DNA of 64,000 nucleotides from Candidatus Bathyarchaeia archaeon (GTDB lineage Archaea; Thermoproteota; Bathyarchaeia; Bathyarchaeales; Bathyarchaeaceae): NCBI GenBank assembly GCA_035283685.1, contig DATETJ010000008.1, positions 64,629 to 128,628 of the forward strand, read 5' to 3'. Shown piece by piece: positions 54,531 to 62,819 of this stretch (position 1 is its first letter; each line of letters starts with the position of its first letter). The notes under the pieces were generated by a model. It saw only the letters and a program-made list of their open reading frames with translations, ran no database searches and was not told where the DNA came from. The position numbers and the translations under genes were made by a program.

Positions 54531-54810
54531 CGCAAGCTCCAAGCACAATAAGAAAGCGAGTGGCCCGCCAGAGGTGCTACCGATGATGGATCCTGGGCTG
54601 CAGCTGAATTAGAGGCGCTCTGCAACAACCAACCAAATGTAAGTTGGAGTCAAGAGTGAGTTCTTTCGCAGCTTTATCGTGGCGAAATCAATTCTACAGG
54701 ACAGTCAGCCATGACCTGAAGCTGCCAGAGATGGAGGAGATCCGAATCCTGAGTTTAGAGGCCAGGACGCTGAGAAGTCTTCGAAAGAAGCTCGTGTCAG
54801 AAAGATTCGA

Positions 54811-55545
54811 TTAGAGCTTCAGTTCTCGGGCTGATTTCTCGCTTTGTTCTTCATTTAGCGTGCGACGAAGGATGTCGGCGTTGTACAGCCACATTAAGGA
54901 TGATACAGCAGTCCTGCCGTTGCGCCCAAGAGCTGTGGCTTCATAATTGATCATCGCCTTCTGAGAGGAGAATATGGTGTCGACCAGTTTGTTCAAGGAA
55001 ACGGATTCACAGGGCGCTGTGGCATCAAGCAAAGCTAAGTATTCGCCCATTGCTTTGTTCGCTCCTGTTTTCACAGCTTCGGCTCTGCCCAGATGGGACA
55101 TGTGTTTGATAACCTGAGCGCGAATGTTAGGCTGTTCCTTGTGTATGGAGCCCATGGCTGTCCAAGCTGACTCGTAGGTTTTGTCTGTGCTGCCGTCATC
55201 AACAATTATGATTTCGCTTGGACCGCGGTAGTTTGAGGCGCAGTTGAACAGACCTTTGATGAAACTAGCTATGTTCTGCTCTTGGTTGTAAACTGGGGCA
55301 ATCAGAGAAACCATTGGAAAGACGTGGCTTGCTTCAGTTATGATCTCATGTTTTTCGACTTTTGGGCTGACGAGTTCATCAAGCCACAATGCTCCGAATA
55401 GAGTGTTCAATACAACTGCTATGACGATGACTGCAAAGGCTGACCAATCAAGAAACAGGATTTTGCTGGCCATTAGGAGCAGGGCTAGGATTCCAAGAAG
55501 TGTGAAGGATAGGTGGAACAGGGTCATTAGTTTTGGGAAATTCAA
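54811..55545 (-). CDS. family 2 glycosyltransferase with N-terminal TM segments
   Basis: VSLIAPVYNQEQNIASFI...EIIIVDDGSTDKT is the GT2 signature. Two N-terminal hydrophobic helices are present. Confidence 0.75.
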   Translation of the reverse strand: MNFPKLMTLFHLSFTLLGILALLLMASKILFLDWSAFAVIVIAVVLNTLFGALWLDELVSPKVEKHEIITEASHVFPMVSLIAPVYNQEQNIASFIKGLFNCASNYRGPSEIIIVDDGSTDKTYESAWTAMGSIHKEQPNIRAQVIKHMSHLGRAEAVKTGANKAMGEYLALLDATAPCESVSLNKLVDTIFSSQKAMINYEATALGRNGRTAVSSLMWLYNADILRRTLNEEQSEKSARELKL

Positions 55546-55674
55546 GGGTCAGGTCGTCTTCTCTACTAAAACCAGAAGGCCAGCGACTTAAATGGGTTCT
55601 TGGTATTTCAGCAATATTCTAGTAACAAGAATATCTGAGCAAAAATAGAAGGAGATGAGTTGTGGATTGAGTTG

Positions 55675-57753
55675 TTACCGTGTGGGCGGGATCGGCTTTA
55701 CAGCTGCAGAGGGCACTGAAGTTGGGGTTGCGCCCTTTCTTCGTTTTCGTCTAATGTAGTAGGCGCCTCCTCCTGTCGCGCTTGCCAAGATTGCTATTGC
55801 TGCTAGGATCCATGCAAGTGGAAACGCGGGTGCTGCTACACTGAATTCTTGTGTTAGGCTCTGGGCTCGGTTGTCAACCATGTCGATGGCTTCGACGTAG
55901 AATTCAACTTTGGTTTCGCTCTGGTTCGATATAGTAGCTGTCCAATTGGCGCTGTTGATTACAGGTGTCATTGATACGTGTTTCCAAGCGTTCATTGTGC
56001 TGTTTTTGAACCATAAAACGACCATTTTGATTCCGCTGGCATTAGCGGGTTCGTTGACGGTGGCATTCACAGTAACTGTCTCGCCTGATCCTGGCTCTCT
56101 GGGTTGCCAACTTGGCAGGTCAATCGTGGGTGAATATGGATCGTCGACGATGTAGGAGTAGAGCGCAGATACTGCCCAGTTGCCAGCTTTGTCTGAAGCG
56201 TAGATGCGATACTGGACGGATGCGTTGAACCGGAAGGGGGGAATGCTTGCTTCAAAGAGTCCAACGCTCAGGGTCATGGTTAGGTTTTGTTTGACTCCAC
56301 CGCTTGAGAACCCTAGTATTACGTCTTTGAGTCCGCTTTCCAAGTCGATGACATTTGCGAGCACCTTGGCTGTTTCGTTGTAGGCTGGTGCGCGCTCGGG
56401 AAGTCTTAGAACGCTTGTTATTCTGGGAGGTTTGCTCTCCTCGGTGATCTTCAAAGAGACAGTGGTGTTGTGTCGTAGGTTGCCGCTCGTGGCTGTCACT
56501 GTTATTTCATGCTCCTTGAGTTCAGCTTTCATGTCAACAATGATTTTCAGTGATGCAGTTGCAAACCCGTCGGGTGTCAGAGTGACTTGACCCGGGGTCA
56601 GGCTCATGACGACATCCGGGATGAATTCGGGAGTTAACATCAGTGTGACAGATCCGCTGAAACCTTTCAATGAAGCTAGGATGATTGCTGTCGCAGCAGT
56701 CTCTTCTCGTTCGATTGTCAATGACGTTGGAAAGGCGTTGATGCTGAAATCAGGTGCAGGTGGAACTGGAGGCTGGGTGACAGTTAATGAGATGTTGACG
56801 CTGTGGTGAATAGAGTTGCTTTCTCCTGTTATGGTTAAGATGTGTGAGCCAACTGTGGCTGTGGTTTCCGCGTCCACTACTAGCACTGATATGGCATGCG
56901 AGTTTGGTGGCGGTATTACTGTGGTTTGATTCAATGTGGTGTTTACGCCCGTTATCTGGGCAGATGTCACAGCCAGACTGACTTCTTCGCTGAAGTCGTT
57001 GATTGAAGTTACTGCTATGATCGAGGTGTTAGACCTTCCTTGCTGGATAATCAAGGTTGTTGGAGACGCCGTGATTGCCCAGTCTTGACCTGGCGGTGGA
57101 GGCGTAGCTTCAATGATCTTTAGTGGGATCGTGACTTCGTGTTCTAATGAGCCGCTTGTGCCTGTTACAGTGATCTCGTAGACTTCTGGCGCAGTTTCTT
57201 GAGAAGCTTCAACCCGTAAAGTCGAGACTTCTGAACCGTTCACAGGCGGAGTTACCGAATCTGGATCAAGAGTAAGAGTGACTCCAAGAGCGGTTGTCGT
57301 TGCATTGAGCGCTAATTTTCTGTTGAAGTTGTTGATCGATGTTATCGTTATCTCTGTTGTATTAAAGCCGCCTTGAACCACATCTAATCTATATGGTGGA
57401 GTGCTGATCTCAAAATCTGCAGTTGGCGAGATTCCCCTAATCATTTCGATGATTTCGTCGACCAGCAGGAGTAAGTCATGTGGGTCTTCAACCCACGCCT
57501 CGATGGATTTTCTCACATCATTTACCATTTTGTTTAGAGCGCCGTTGAAGGCCCCAGCTTCAATCTGATGTATGACGGCGTTGACCTTGTTTTGCAGTGC
57601 AGTCTTTTCACCCTCGAGTTCATCGTGAAGTTTGTTCAGTTTGCCGATAATCAAGCTTGTGTCCGGGCTTGTAGCTGGCAATACAGTTACGACTGATGCT
57701 GCTAGAAATAGAACTAGTGTTGCGACAATCATGCTGAGTTTGCGTCTTCTCAT
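55675..57753 (-). CDS. secreted surface protein with three tandem ~105-aa Ig-like repeats and C-terminal TM anchor
   Basis: A signal/TM is followed by a helical region. Three repeats follow (..ITITSINNFNRKLALNAT.., ..IIAVTSINDFSEEVSLAVT.., ..AIILASLKGFSGSVTLMLT..) that resemble COG1470/NEW3-type domains. Two further beta-rich domains follow, then the anchor AWILAAIAILASATGGGAYYIRRKRRKG. Confidence 0.7.
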   Translation of the reverse strand: MRRRKLSMIVATLVLFLAASVVTVLPATSPDTSLIIGKLNKLHDELEGEKTALQNKVNAVIHQIEAGAFNGALNKMVNDVRKSIEAWVEDPHDLLLLVDEIIEMIRGISPTADFEISTPPYRLDVVQGGFNTTEITITSINNFNRKLALNATTTALGVTLTLDPDSVTPPVNGSEVSTLRVEASQETAPEVYEITVTGTSGSLEHEVTIPLKIIEATPPPPGQDWAITASPTTLIIQQGRSNTSIIAVTSINDFSEEVSLAVTSAQITGVNTTLNQTTVIPPPNSHAISVLVVDAETTATVGSHILTITGESNSIHHSVNISLTVTQPPVPPAPDFSINAFPTSLTIEREETAATAIILASLKGFSGSVTLMLTPEFIPDVVMSLTPGQVTLTPDGFATASLKIIVDMKAELKEHEITVTATSGNLRHNTTVSLKITEESKPPRITSVLRLPERAPAYNETAKVLANVIDLESGLKDVILGFSSGGVKQNLTMTLSVGLFEASIPPFRFNASVQYRIYASDKAGNWAVSALYSYIVDDPYSPTIDLPSWQPREPGSGETVTVNATVNEPANASGIKMVVLWFKNSTMNAWKHVSMTPVINSANWTATISNQSETKVEFYVEAIDMVDNRAQSLTQEFSVAAPAFPLAWILAAIAILASATGGGAYYIRRKRRKGATPTSVPSAAVKPIPPTR

Positions 57754-57919
57754 TCTTCTCTTATCTCCATTCTAAAGCTCGTTGATTGTGTCTTTAACTT
57801 ATATTTGGTTTTTGACTCGAACTTAAATGGGTAAGGTTGTAGTCTCTAGAAGTAAGTCTTATCGCAAGTCATAATATTCAAAATCCCGAAACATAGAACG
57901 ATGGAATTCCTATGTAGAG

Positions 57920-58348
57920 TTAGGGTTTTTGACGCCACACTCTAAGAGTCTCATACCACAAGATTCCTGTGCTCAGCGCGGCAAACAACAGCCCGAAGAG
58001 GCTGTAGAAGTTGAACTCGCGCAACTGTGTCAAGTAGAACACGAGAAGCGTGGTGAGCAAAGCTGCATAAAACGAGTAACGAGGCAACATGAAGGACCCA
58101 AATCTAGTGAACTGCTTCAGCGCGCCCACTCGAACCTCTTTTTTCAGGCGGTATTCGCCGTTTGTCTTTTCAACCAGTCCCAGCTCTTCCAGTTTGGTCA
58201 GATGATACGAGGCTAGCGCTGGGCTGGAGAATTTTAAAGCCCGTTGTACTTCGCGAACTCCTATAATGCCTTTTTGCGACTTGAGGAGCTTCCAGTAAAC
58301 TCGCAGCGTGTTCCCTCTGAGTTCACTTTCAACCTTGTCATTTTCCAT
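57920..58348 (-). CDS. membrane-tethered winged-HTH protein
   Basis: The N-terminus LRVYWKLLKSQKGIIGVREVQRALKFSSPALASYHLTKLEELGLVEK is a wHTH. Two C-terminal TM helices follow. Confidence 0.65.
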   Translation of the reverse strand: MENDKVESELRGNTLRVYWKLLKSQKGIIGVREVQRALKFSSPALASYHLTKLEELGLVEKTNGEYRLKKEVRVGALKQFTRFGSFMLPRYSFYAALLTTLLVFYLTQLREFNFYSLFGLLFAALSTGILWYETLRVWRQKP

Positions 58349-58432
58349 GATTACCCAACTGTGAACGGTTCATTATTAGCTACGAGATCAAGATAAAAAG
58401 AAAATGGGGTTTTGGGAGGGGCGAATTACTCC

Positions 58433-59905
58433 TTAACCTGTGGTCCCGACGCCGACCATGTTGACCGGTGTCTTGCGTCTCCACTTCGCAATGTACAGTA
58501 GGACTGCGGCTGCTGAAACCACAATGATCAATGCGAGCATGAATGGTGCTGCGAACAATGGTGGCACGTATGCGCCAATTACGACAGGTAGAGCTTCGCT
58601 GCCCGATGGAGCCTGCACAGTGTACTTGGGAGTAGTGTCCACATCAGTTGTGTCGACGCCTATGCTTGGGTCGTGTTCCAGTGTGCCGTTGCCAAAGTAC
58701 GGGTAAGCCATGAACAAGCGCATGTGGGCGCCGCCTGCAATGTAGGCTGCTTTAACGGGCACCATGTTGACGTCGCCTTGGTTAGGATAGTCAGTGATTT
58801 TGGCTGACGAGACAAACCTGAAGAATCCGCCGAGTGTGCCAGTTTCGTTGGCAAAACGGATTTTTATCATTCGTCTTGGAACGTCAATGGGCTTCTCATC
58901 TTCAATCTCTGTTTTGTTTTCTCTTATGTCTTCAAAGGAGTCATCATCTTCGATTTCCATGTGTGTTGCCGTCGAGTGTTCTTCAATCTCTTCTGGACGT
59001 TCTTCTGCCTCGTCGACAGTTAGTCTTGTGATGTTTATTGAGGCTAAATTGACCCATAAGGCTAGTCTGGATTTGCCCTCTGGAATTCTGATGTCAAATC
59101 CTTCTTGGTTCAGTCCTGACACGAGTTCTCTCAGAGCATCTATGTTCCATTCCCATTTGTTGACAACTAGGTCCATCTTCATTTCGCCGGCGTTCACGGT
59201 GTACTTGAAGTCTGTGCCTGGCACTGTTTCCTCGACAGTTTCATTGTAGAAGCGTACTCGTATCATTATGTTGTCTTCAGCGAACTCGAAGCGTGGCAGC
59301 CACACTTCGTCCAAAGTGAACGTGAAGGCCACGCCGATTGCTTTGCCTTCAGGTGTAGTAATATTGTGAATGTCGCTGAGTGCCCATTTTCCCGCGTCAA
59401 AGGGCAAGTATGGTTTGTGCCACTGGCTTTCCATGCGTTCCATGAACTGAAGCATCATCTGCTTTAGGATCATTAGTCTGAGCATGCCCATGTCGCCCAA
59501 ACGTCCCCACCGATCTTCCTCAGGTTTGAAGTACCAGTCTTGGAATCTTTCGCGCCAAGTTTCCTGCCAAGCTTCTCTTAGGTGATTGTATGTTTCAGGG
59601 TTTCTGGGCAGAAGCGTGTGGTTGAAAGCGAACCATTCTATTAGACCTTGGAATTTAACCACGTACACTTGGTCTGGTTTGCTAGTGTACCACCATATGA
59701 ACATTGGTTTTCTTCCGCCAGCGGGAAACAGCACTGTAATAATGTCTGAGTCCAGTCGGTACCAATTGCCCGGGATGACTCTGACATCATCGTCGTCACC
59801 GTTGTCTTCGCTTGCTGAAGTGGACAAAGCAATCAAAGGTGAAGCCAAAAAGACCATAAGTATTGACAGAACGATAGCCGCAAGCCAATTTTTCTTCATT
59901 TTCAA
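58433..59905 (-). CDS. hypothetical secreted protein with acidic insert and C-terminal TM anchor
   Basis: The signal peptide is MKMKKNWLAAIVLSILMVFLASPLIALS. An E/D-rich segment and N-x-S/T sequons are present. The C-terminal TM is FMLALIIVVSAAAVLLYIAKWRRK. Confidence 0.6.
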   Translation of the reverse strand: MKMKKNWLAAIVLSILMVFLASPLIALSTSASEDNGDDDDVRVIPGNWYRLDSDIITVLFPAGGRKPMFIWWYTSKPDQVYVVKFQGLIEWFAFNHTLLPRNPETYNHLREAWQETWRERFQDWYFKPEEDRWGRLGDMGMLRLMILKQMMLQFMERMESQWHKPYLPFDAGKWALSDIHNITTPEGKAIGVAFTFTLDEVWLPRFEFAEDNIMIRVRFYNETVEETVPGTDFKYTVNAGEMKMDLVVNKWEWNIDALRELVSGLNQEGFDIRIPEGKSRLALWVNLASINITRLTVDEAEERPEEIEEHSTATHMEIEDDDSFEDIRENKTEIEDEKPIDVPRRMIKIRFANETGTLGGFFRFVSSAKITDYPNQGDVNMVPVKAAYIAGGAHMRLFMAYPYFGNGTLEHDPSIGVDTTDVDTTPKYTVQAPSGSEALPVVIGAYVPPLFAAPFMLALIIVVSAAAVLLYIAKWRRKTPVNMVGVGTTG

Positions 59906-59940
59906 TTCTTTTCACCTCTTTTATGCCTTGAAAACACGCC

Positions 59941-60098
59941 TGCGGGGTTTTGGTTCATTGTTTGTTGACTGGCACATGCAACCGAGAGTCATCGGGAGAG
60001 AGAAAGGAGAGATCTTTAAGGGCGTGTAAAAGGCTGAGAAACGCAGCTGCATTTGCCAAAGTCTCCTTGGTTTAAGGAGATTTTCAACCTCCCCGCAT
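59941..60098 (+). repeat. copy (c) of structured intergenic repeat element
   Basis: CTGCGGGGTTTTGG...TTCATTGTTTGTTG...TCATCGGGAGAGAGAAAGGAGA...CATTTGCC...GATTTTCAACCTCCCCGCA. TGCGGGG (59942-48) pairs with CCCCGCA (60092-98). A TATA-like CTTTTATG lies ~20 nt upstream. Confidence 0.6.
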
Positions 60099-60325
60099 CC
60101 ATTCGCAGGCCACTTTACGGGTGTTTTCAGGGTTTTTCACCGAAAATACCTTAGAAAAAGCTGGTTTTATCTCAATCGTTTCGAGAAAACTCGAATTTCG
60201 TTGTTGAAGGGTTCTAGAAACCTCGAACTCTAATGTTGCAGTGCATGAAGATGCCTCAGATTATGATTGCAGCTTTGAGCGAAAATAATAGTTCTTCCGT
60301 TATGTCTTGAGGTGTAATTCTCAAC

Positions 60326-60469
60326 TAAAATCGGGTTTTCTCTTTCTTAGAAGTTTGCTTTCTAGTTCTTCCAGTCCATTCGTGTTTGCAGACATTGCAC
60401 TTTTTCAGATCTACAGCAATTGTAATCTTCTTGCTTCCGCATTGAGGACATCGTTCTTTTCTACCCATT
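60326..60469 (-). CDS. small zinc-ribbon protein (47 aa)
   Basis: This gene is below the ORF-track cut-off. Hand translation gives MGRKERCPQCGSKKITIAVDLKKCNVCKHEWTGRTRKQTSKKEKTRF*. It has CxxC...CxxC and a basic tail. The overlapping plus-strand ORF 60307-60585 looks spurious. Confidence 0.45.
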
Positions 60470-60656
60470 TGTTCTACATCTCTTCAGCCAGAGTGGTAAT
60501 GATTGGCACTGTTATTACTGATATGTCATTTCAGGTTTATATTAAGGATTCAAGGCAGAAGCTTCTATTATTAAGCAAGGATTGACCAATTGCTTCTGTG
60601 TGTGTGCATTAAGTTATTAATGCAAGTCGAAAGAAATAACAGATTGGGAATAGAAA

Positions 60657-60857
60657 ATGATGAAATGCCCTAAGCATAAGGTGGATTCGGCTTCGTACAG
60701 AGCTGCAGTGATGGTTTGTCCTGAATGCGGCAGAATACTGGATGCTGAGGAGCTATTGAGGCTGCTTAAACGACTTGGGTTCAGCAAAGGACTCGTTAAA
60801 CAGGTTCAGACTGAAATCGGAAAAAGAAATCTTATGAAAAAGTCAAAGCAGAACTGA
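60657..60857 (+). CDS. small zinc-ribbon-like protein (66 aa)
   Basis: MMKCPKHK...VCPECGRIL has a C-x2-H...C-x2-C pattern. No family is recognised. Confidence 0.4.
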   Translation: MMKCPKHKVDSASYRAAVMVCPECGRILDAEELLRLLKRLGFSKGLVKQVQTEIGKRNLMKKSKQN

Positions 60858-60903
60858 AAGAACTAATAATACCCAAAGCACAGTCATAGATATTCCATAG
60901 TCA

Positions 60904-61209
60904 TTGGCTCAGAGGAATTTCTTTATGGAAAGTGAAGTGAGAGGTCGACTGGAGAAGGAATTGGACAGGTTGTTGAAACCAGAAGTAATCGAAATGATAG
61001 TTAAGATCTCAGAGAATCTTCCTCTTAAGTCAGTTGAAGACTTTTGTTTTGGATACATTGTTGGAGACATTGTTGTTGGAGCTTTTGAAGAGTCGAGAGT
61101 CAGGTATGGAAGAGACGTTAGTCTGGAAGAAATGGACGAGGCTCTGAATCTAATCTACAGAAGGGCAATCGAAATCAAAGGCGCCATCAAACTAGCAATG
61201 GGAAAATAA
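60904..61209 (+). CDS. hypothetical protein
   Basis: This is an ORF only. ATG 60925 (MESEVRGRLEKEL) is a likelier start than TTG 60904. Confidence 0.4.
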   Translation: MAQRNFFMESEVRGRLEKELDRLLKPEVIEMIVKISENLPLKSVEDFCFGYIVGDIVVGAFEESRVRYGRDVSLEEMDEALNLIYRRAIEIKGAIKLAMGK

Positions 61210-61233
61210 TAGCGCCTGCGAAACCTTGAACTT

Positions 61234-62061
61234 CTAAATCACACGACCCAGCAAGATCAAAACAACGATGTTGAGGTACAGGATGACAAGTGTAATGATA
61301 ATCGAGCGGTCTAGACGTAGACCTTTTCCAAAAGAGAACGCTGACGAAATCAGCAGTAGCGTCCAGACTTGAAATGTGAGCAGTACAAAACGGGGAAGCC
61401 AAAAAGACACAGGTGGCACGAGCGTTGTAATGTAAGGAATGATTAAAACGTAAACGTAGGGAAACAGCGCCAGCGGCAAAGCTGCCACGCCAATACAAGC
61501 GAAAAGCTGGAGGTCGCCTCCAGTTCTCCTAAACAAGACGTAAATCATTGCATCTGCCAACAGGAACAAGCCGACCCAGTAGAAAAGGAACATAAGAACT
61601 ACGTTCTCAAAGCTTCGTGTTGATGAAAAATAGAAGAAGAACACGGGCTCCTGCCTAGCCACGGCTGAGCCAACCGCGCCCAAAATCAAAACAGCAATTG
61701 AGATAGGCAAGAAAAACCGTAGACGAACTGATTGAGAAAAAACCGGCGAGAGAAACAGCCAGCGTCCCAAGCGATGGCTTAACGCTTCACTTCCCATCTT
61801 CAGAGCGGGCGACATATTGCCGTCTTTCAACGTGCGGTATAGCAATTGTCCACGGTCGTTCAGGCTGTATTTTCGACTCTTATCTTGAGTCATGAAATCG
61901 GACAGCATGTCAAGGTGGTAGTAAACCGTGCCTACGCCCAAGCCGAGGTTGCCGCGAAGTTCTTTGAAGCCGATTTTGCCCTGCTCACCCAGCAACTCAA
62001 TAATCTTCCGTCGCGCCGGGTCACGCAGCAATGTGTAATACCGCGAAGCCTCATCAGTCAC
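61234..62061 (-). CDS. membrane-tethered ArsR-like winged-HTH protein (about 6 TM helices)
   Basis: YYTLLRDPARRKIIELLGEQGKIGFKELRGNLGLGVGTVYYHLDML is an ArsR-type HTH. A polytopic membrane domain follows. Confidence 0.7.
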   Translation of the reverse strand: MTDEASRYYTLLRDPARRKIIELLGEQGKIGFKELRGNLGLGVGTVYYHLDMLSDFMTQDKSRKYSLNDRGQLLYRTLKDGNMSPALKMGSEALSHRLGRWLFLSPVFSQSVRLRFFLPISIAVLILGAVGSAVARQEPVFFFYFSSTRSFENVVLMFLFYWVGLFLLADAMIYVLFRRTGGDLQLFACIGVAALPLALFPYVYVLIIPYITTLVPPVSFWLPRFVLLTFQVWTLLLISSAFSFGKGLRLDRSIIITLVILYLNIVVLILLGRVI

Positions 62062-62181
62062 AGAGAAAGACCATCACCAATCTTCTTTTTCAATGTCTAT
62101 TGAATTGATGGGCGCTAGCTTAAATTCTTACATCATCAGACTTAAAGTAATGCTTGAGCGAGTTAAGTAGAAGGGAAAAGA

Positions 62182-62760
62182 TTGCAGTTAGAGGTCTTTG
62201 AAAAAATCGAGCATTTAGCTGACAAGATGAAAATAGTAAAGGGAGTTGTGGGCGTGGTGCTTTTTGGAAGCTATTCGAGAGGTGATTATGATGAAGGAAG
62301 CGATGTTGACCTTCTCGTCGTTTTTAATGATAAAAATGCATTGGAGGAGGGCTTGAAGGAAGTGTACAAGACGACATCTCAAAGTGCCCTGTTCTTTCAG
62401 GTTATCTGTTTAACCGTTGACGAGTTGAAAGGCTCTCTGCTTTTGGAGTCGGCTATGCGTGAGGGAAAAATTTACTATGCAAATGAAGACGTGAAGAAAT
62501 TGCTGACTCCGACTCACAAACCTTACGGTCTCATAACTTACAGCACGGCAAACCTAAGCGCTAAAGAGAGAGTGTTGTTCACTCAAAAACTGGAGGGAAG
62601 GGGCAAGGGCAAGTATAGGTATGAGGGACTTGTAGGCGATTTAGGCGGGTATAAAGTCGGAAGAGGAGTGATGATGATTCCAATCGAGAACTTAAAGACC
62701 ATAACACAGCATTTAGAGAAAAAAGGAATAAACTACGTCATAAGACATGTCTGGGCTTGA
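62182..62760 (+). CDS. Pol-beta-superfamily nucleotidyltransferase (MNT-like) with ~85-aa C-terminal extension
   Basis: VVLFGSYSRGDYDEGSDVDLLVVF is the G-S-x(n)-D-x-D minimal NTase motif. The C-terminal part (YGLITYSTANLSAKERVLFTQKL...GVMMIPIENL) is unassigned. No adjacent HEPN-like ORF is present. Confidence 0.75.
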   Translation: MQLEVFEKIEHLADKMKIVKGVVGVVLFGSYSRGDYDEGSDVDLLVVFNDKNALEEGLKEVYKTTSQSALFFQVICLTVDELKGSLLLESAMREGKIYYANEDVKKLLTPTHKPYGLITYSTANLSAKERVLFTQKLEGRGKGKYRYEGLVGDLGGYKVGRGVMMIPIENLKTITQHLEKKGINYVIRHVWA

Positions 62761-62819
62761 CAAGATTAGAAGCTGTTAGAATCCTGAATCATTGCTGAAA
62801 AATTGAGATAGGACATGGC

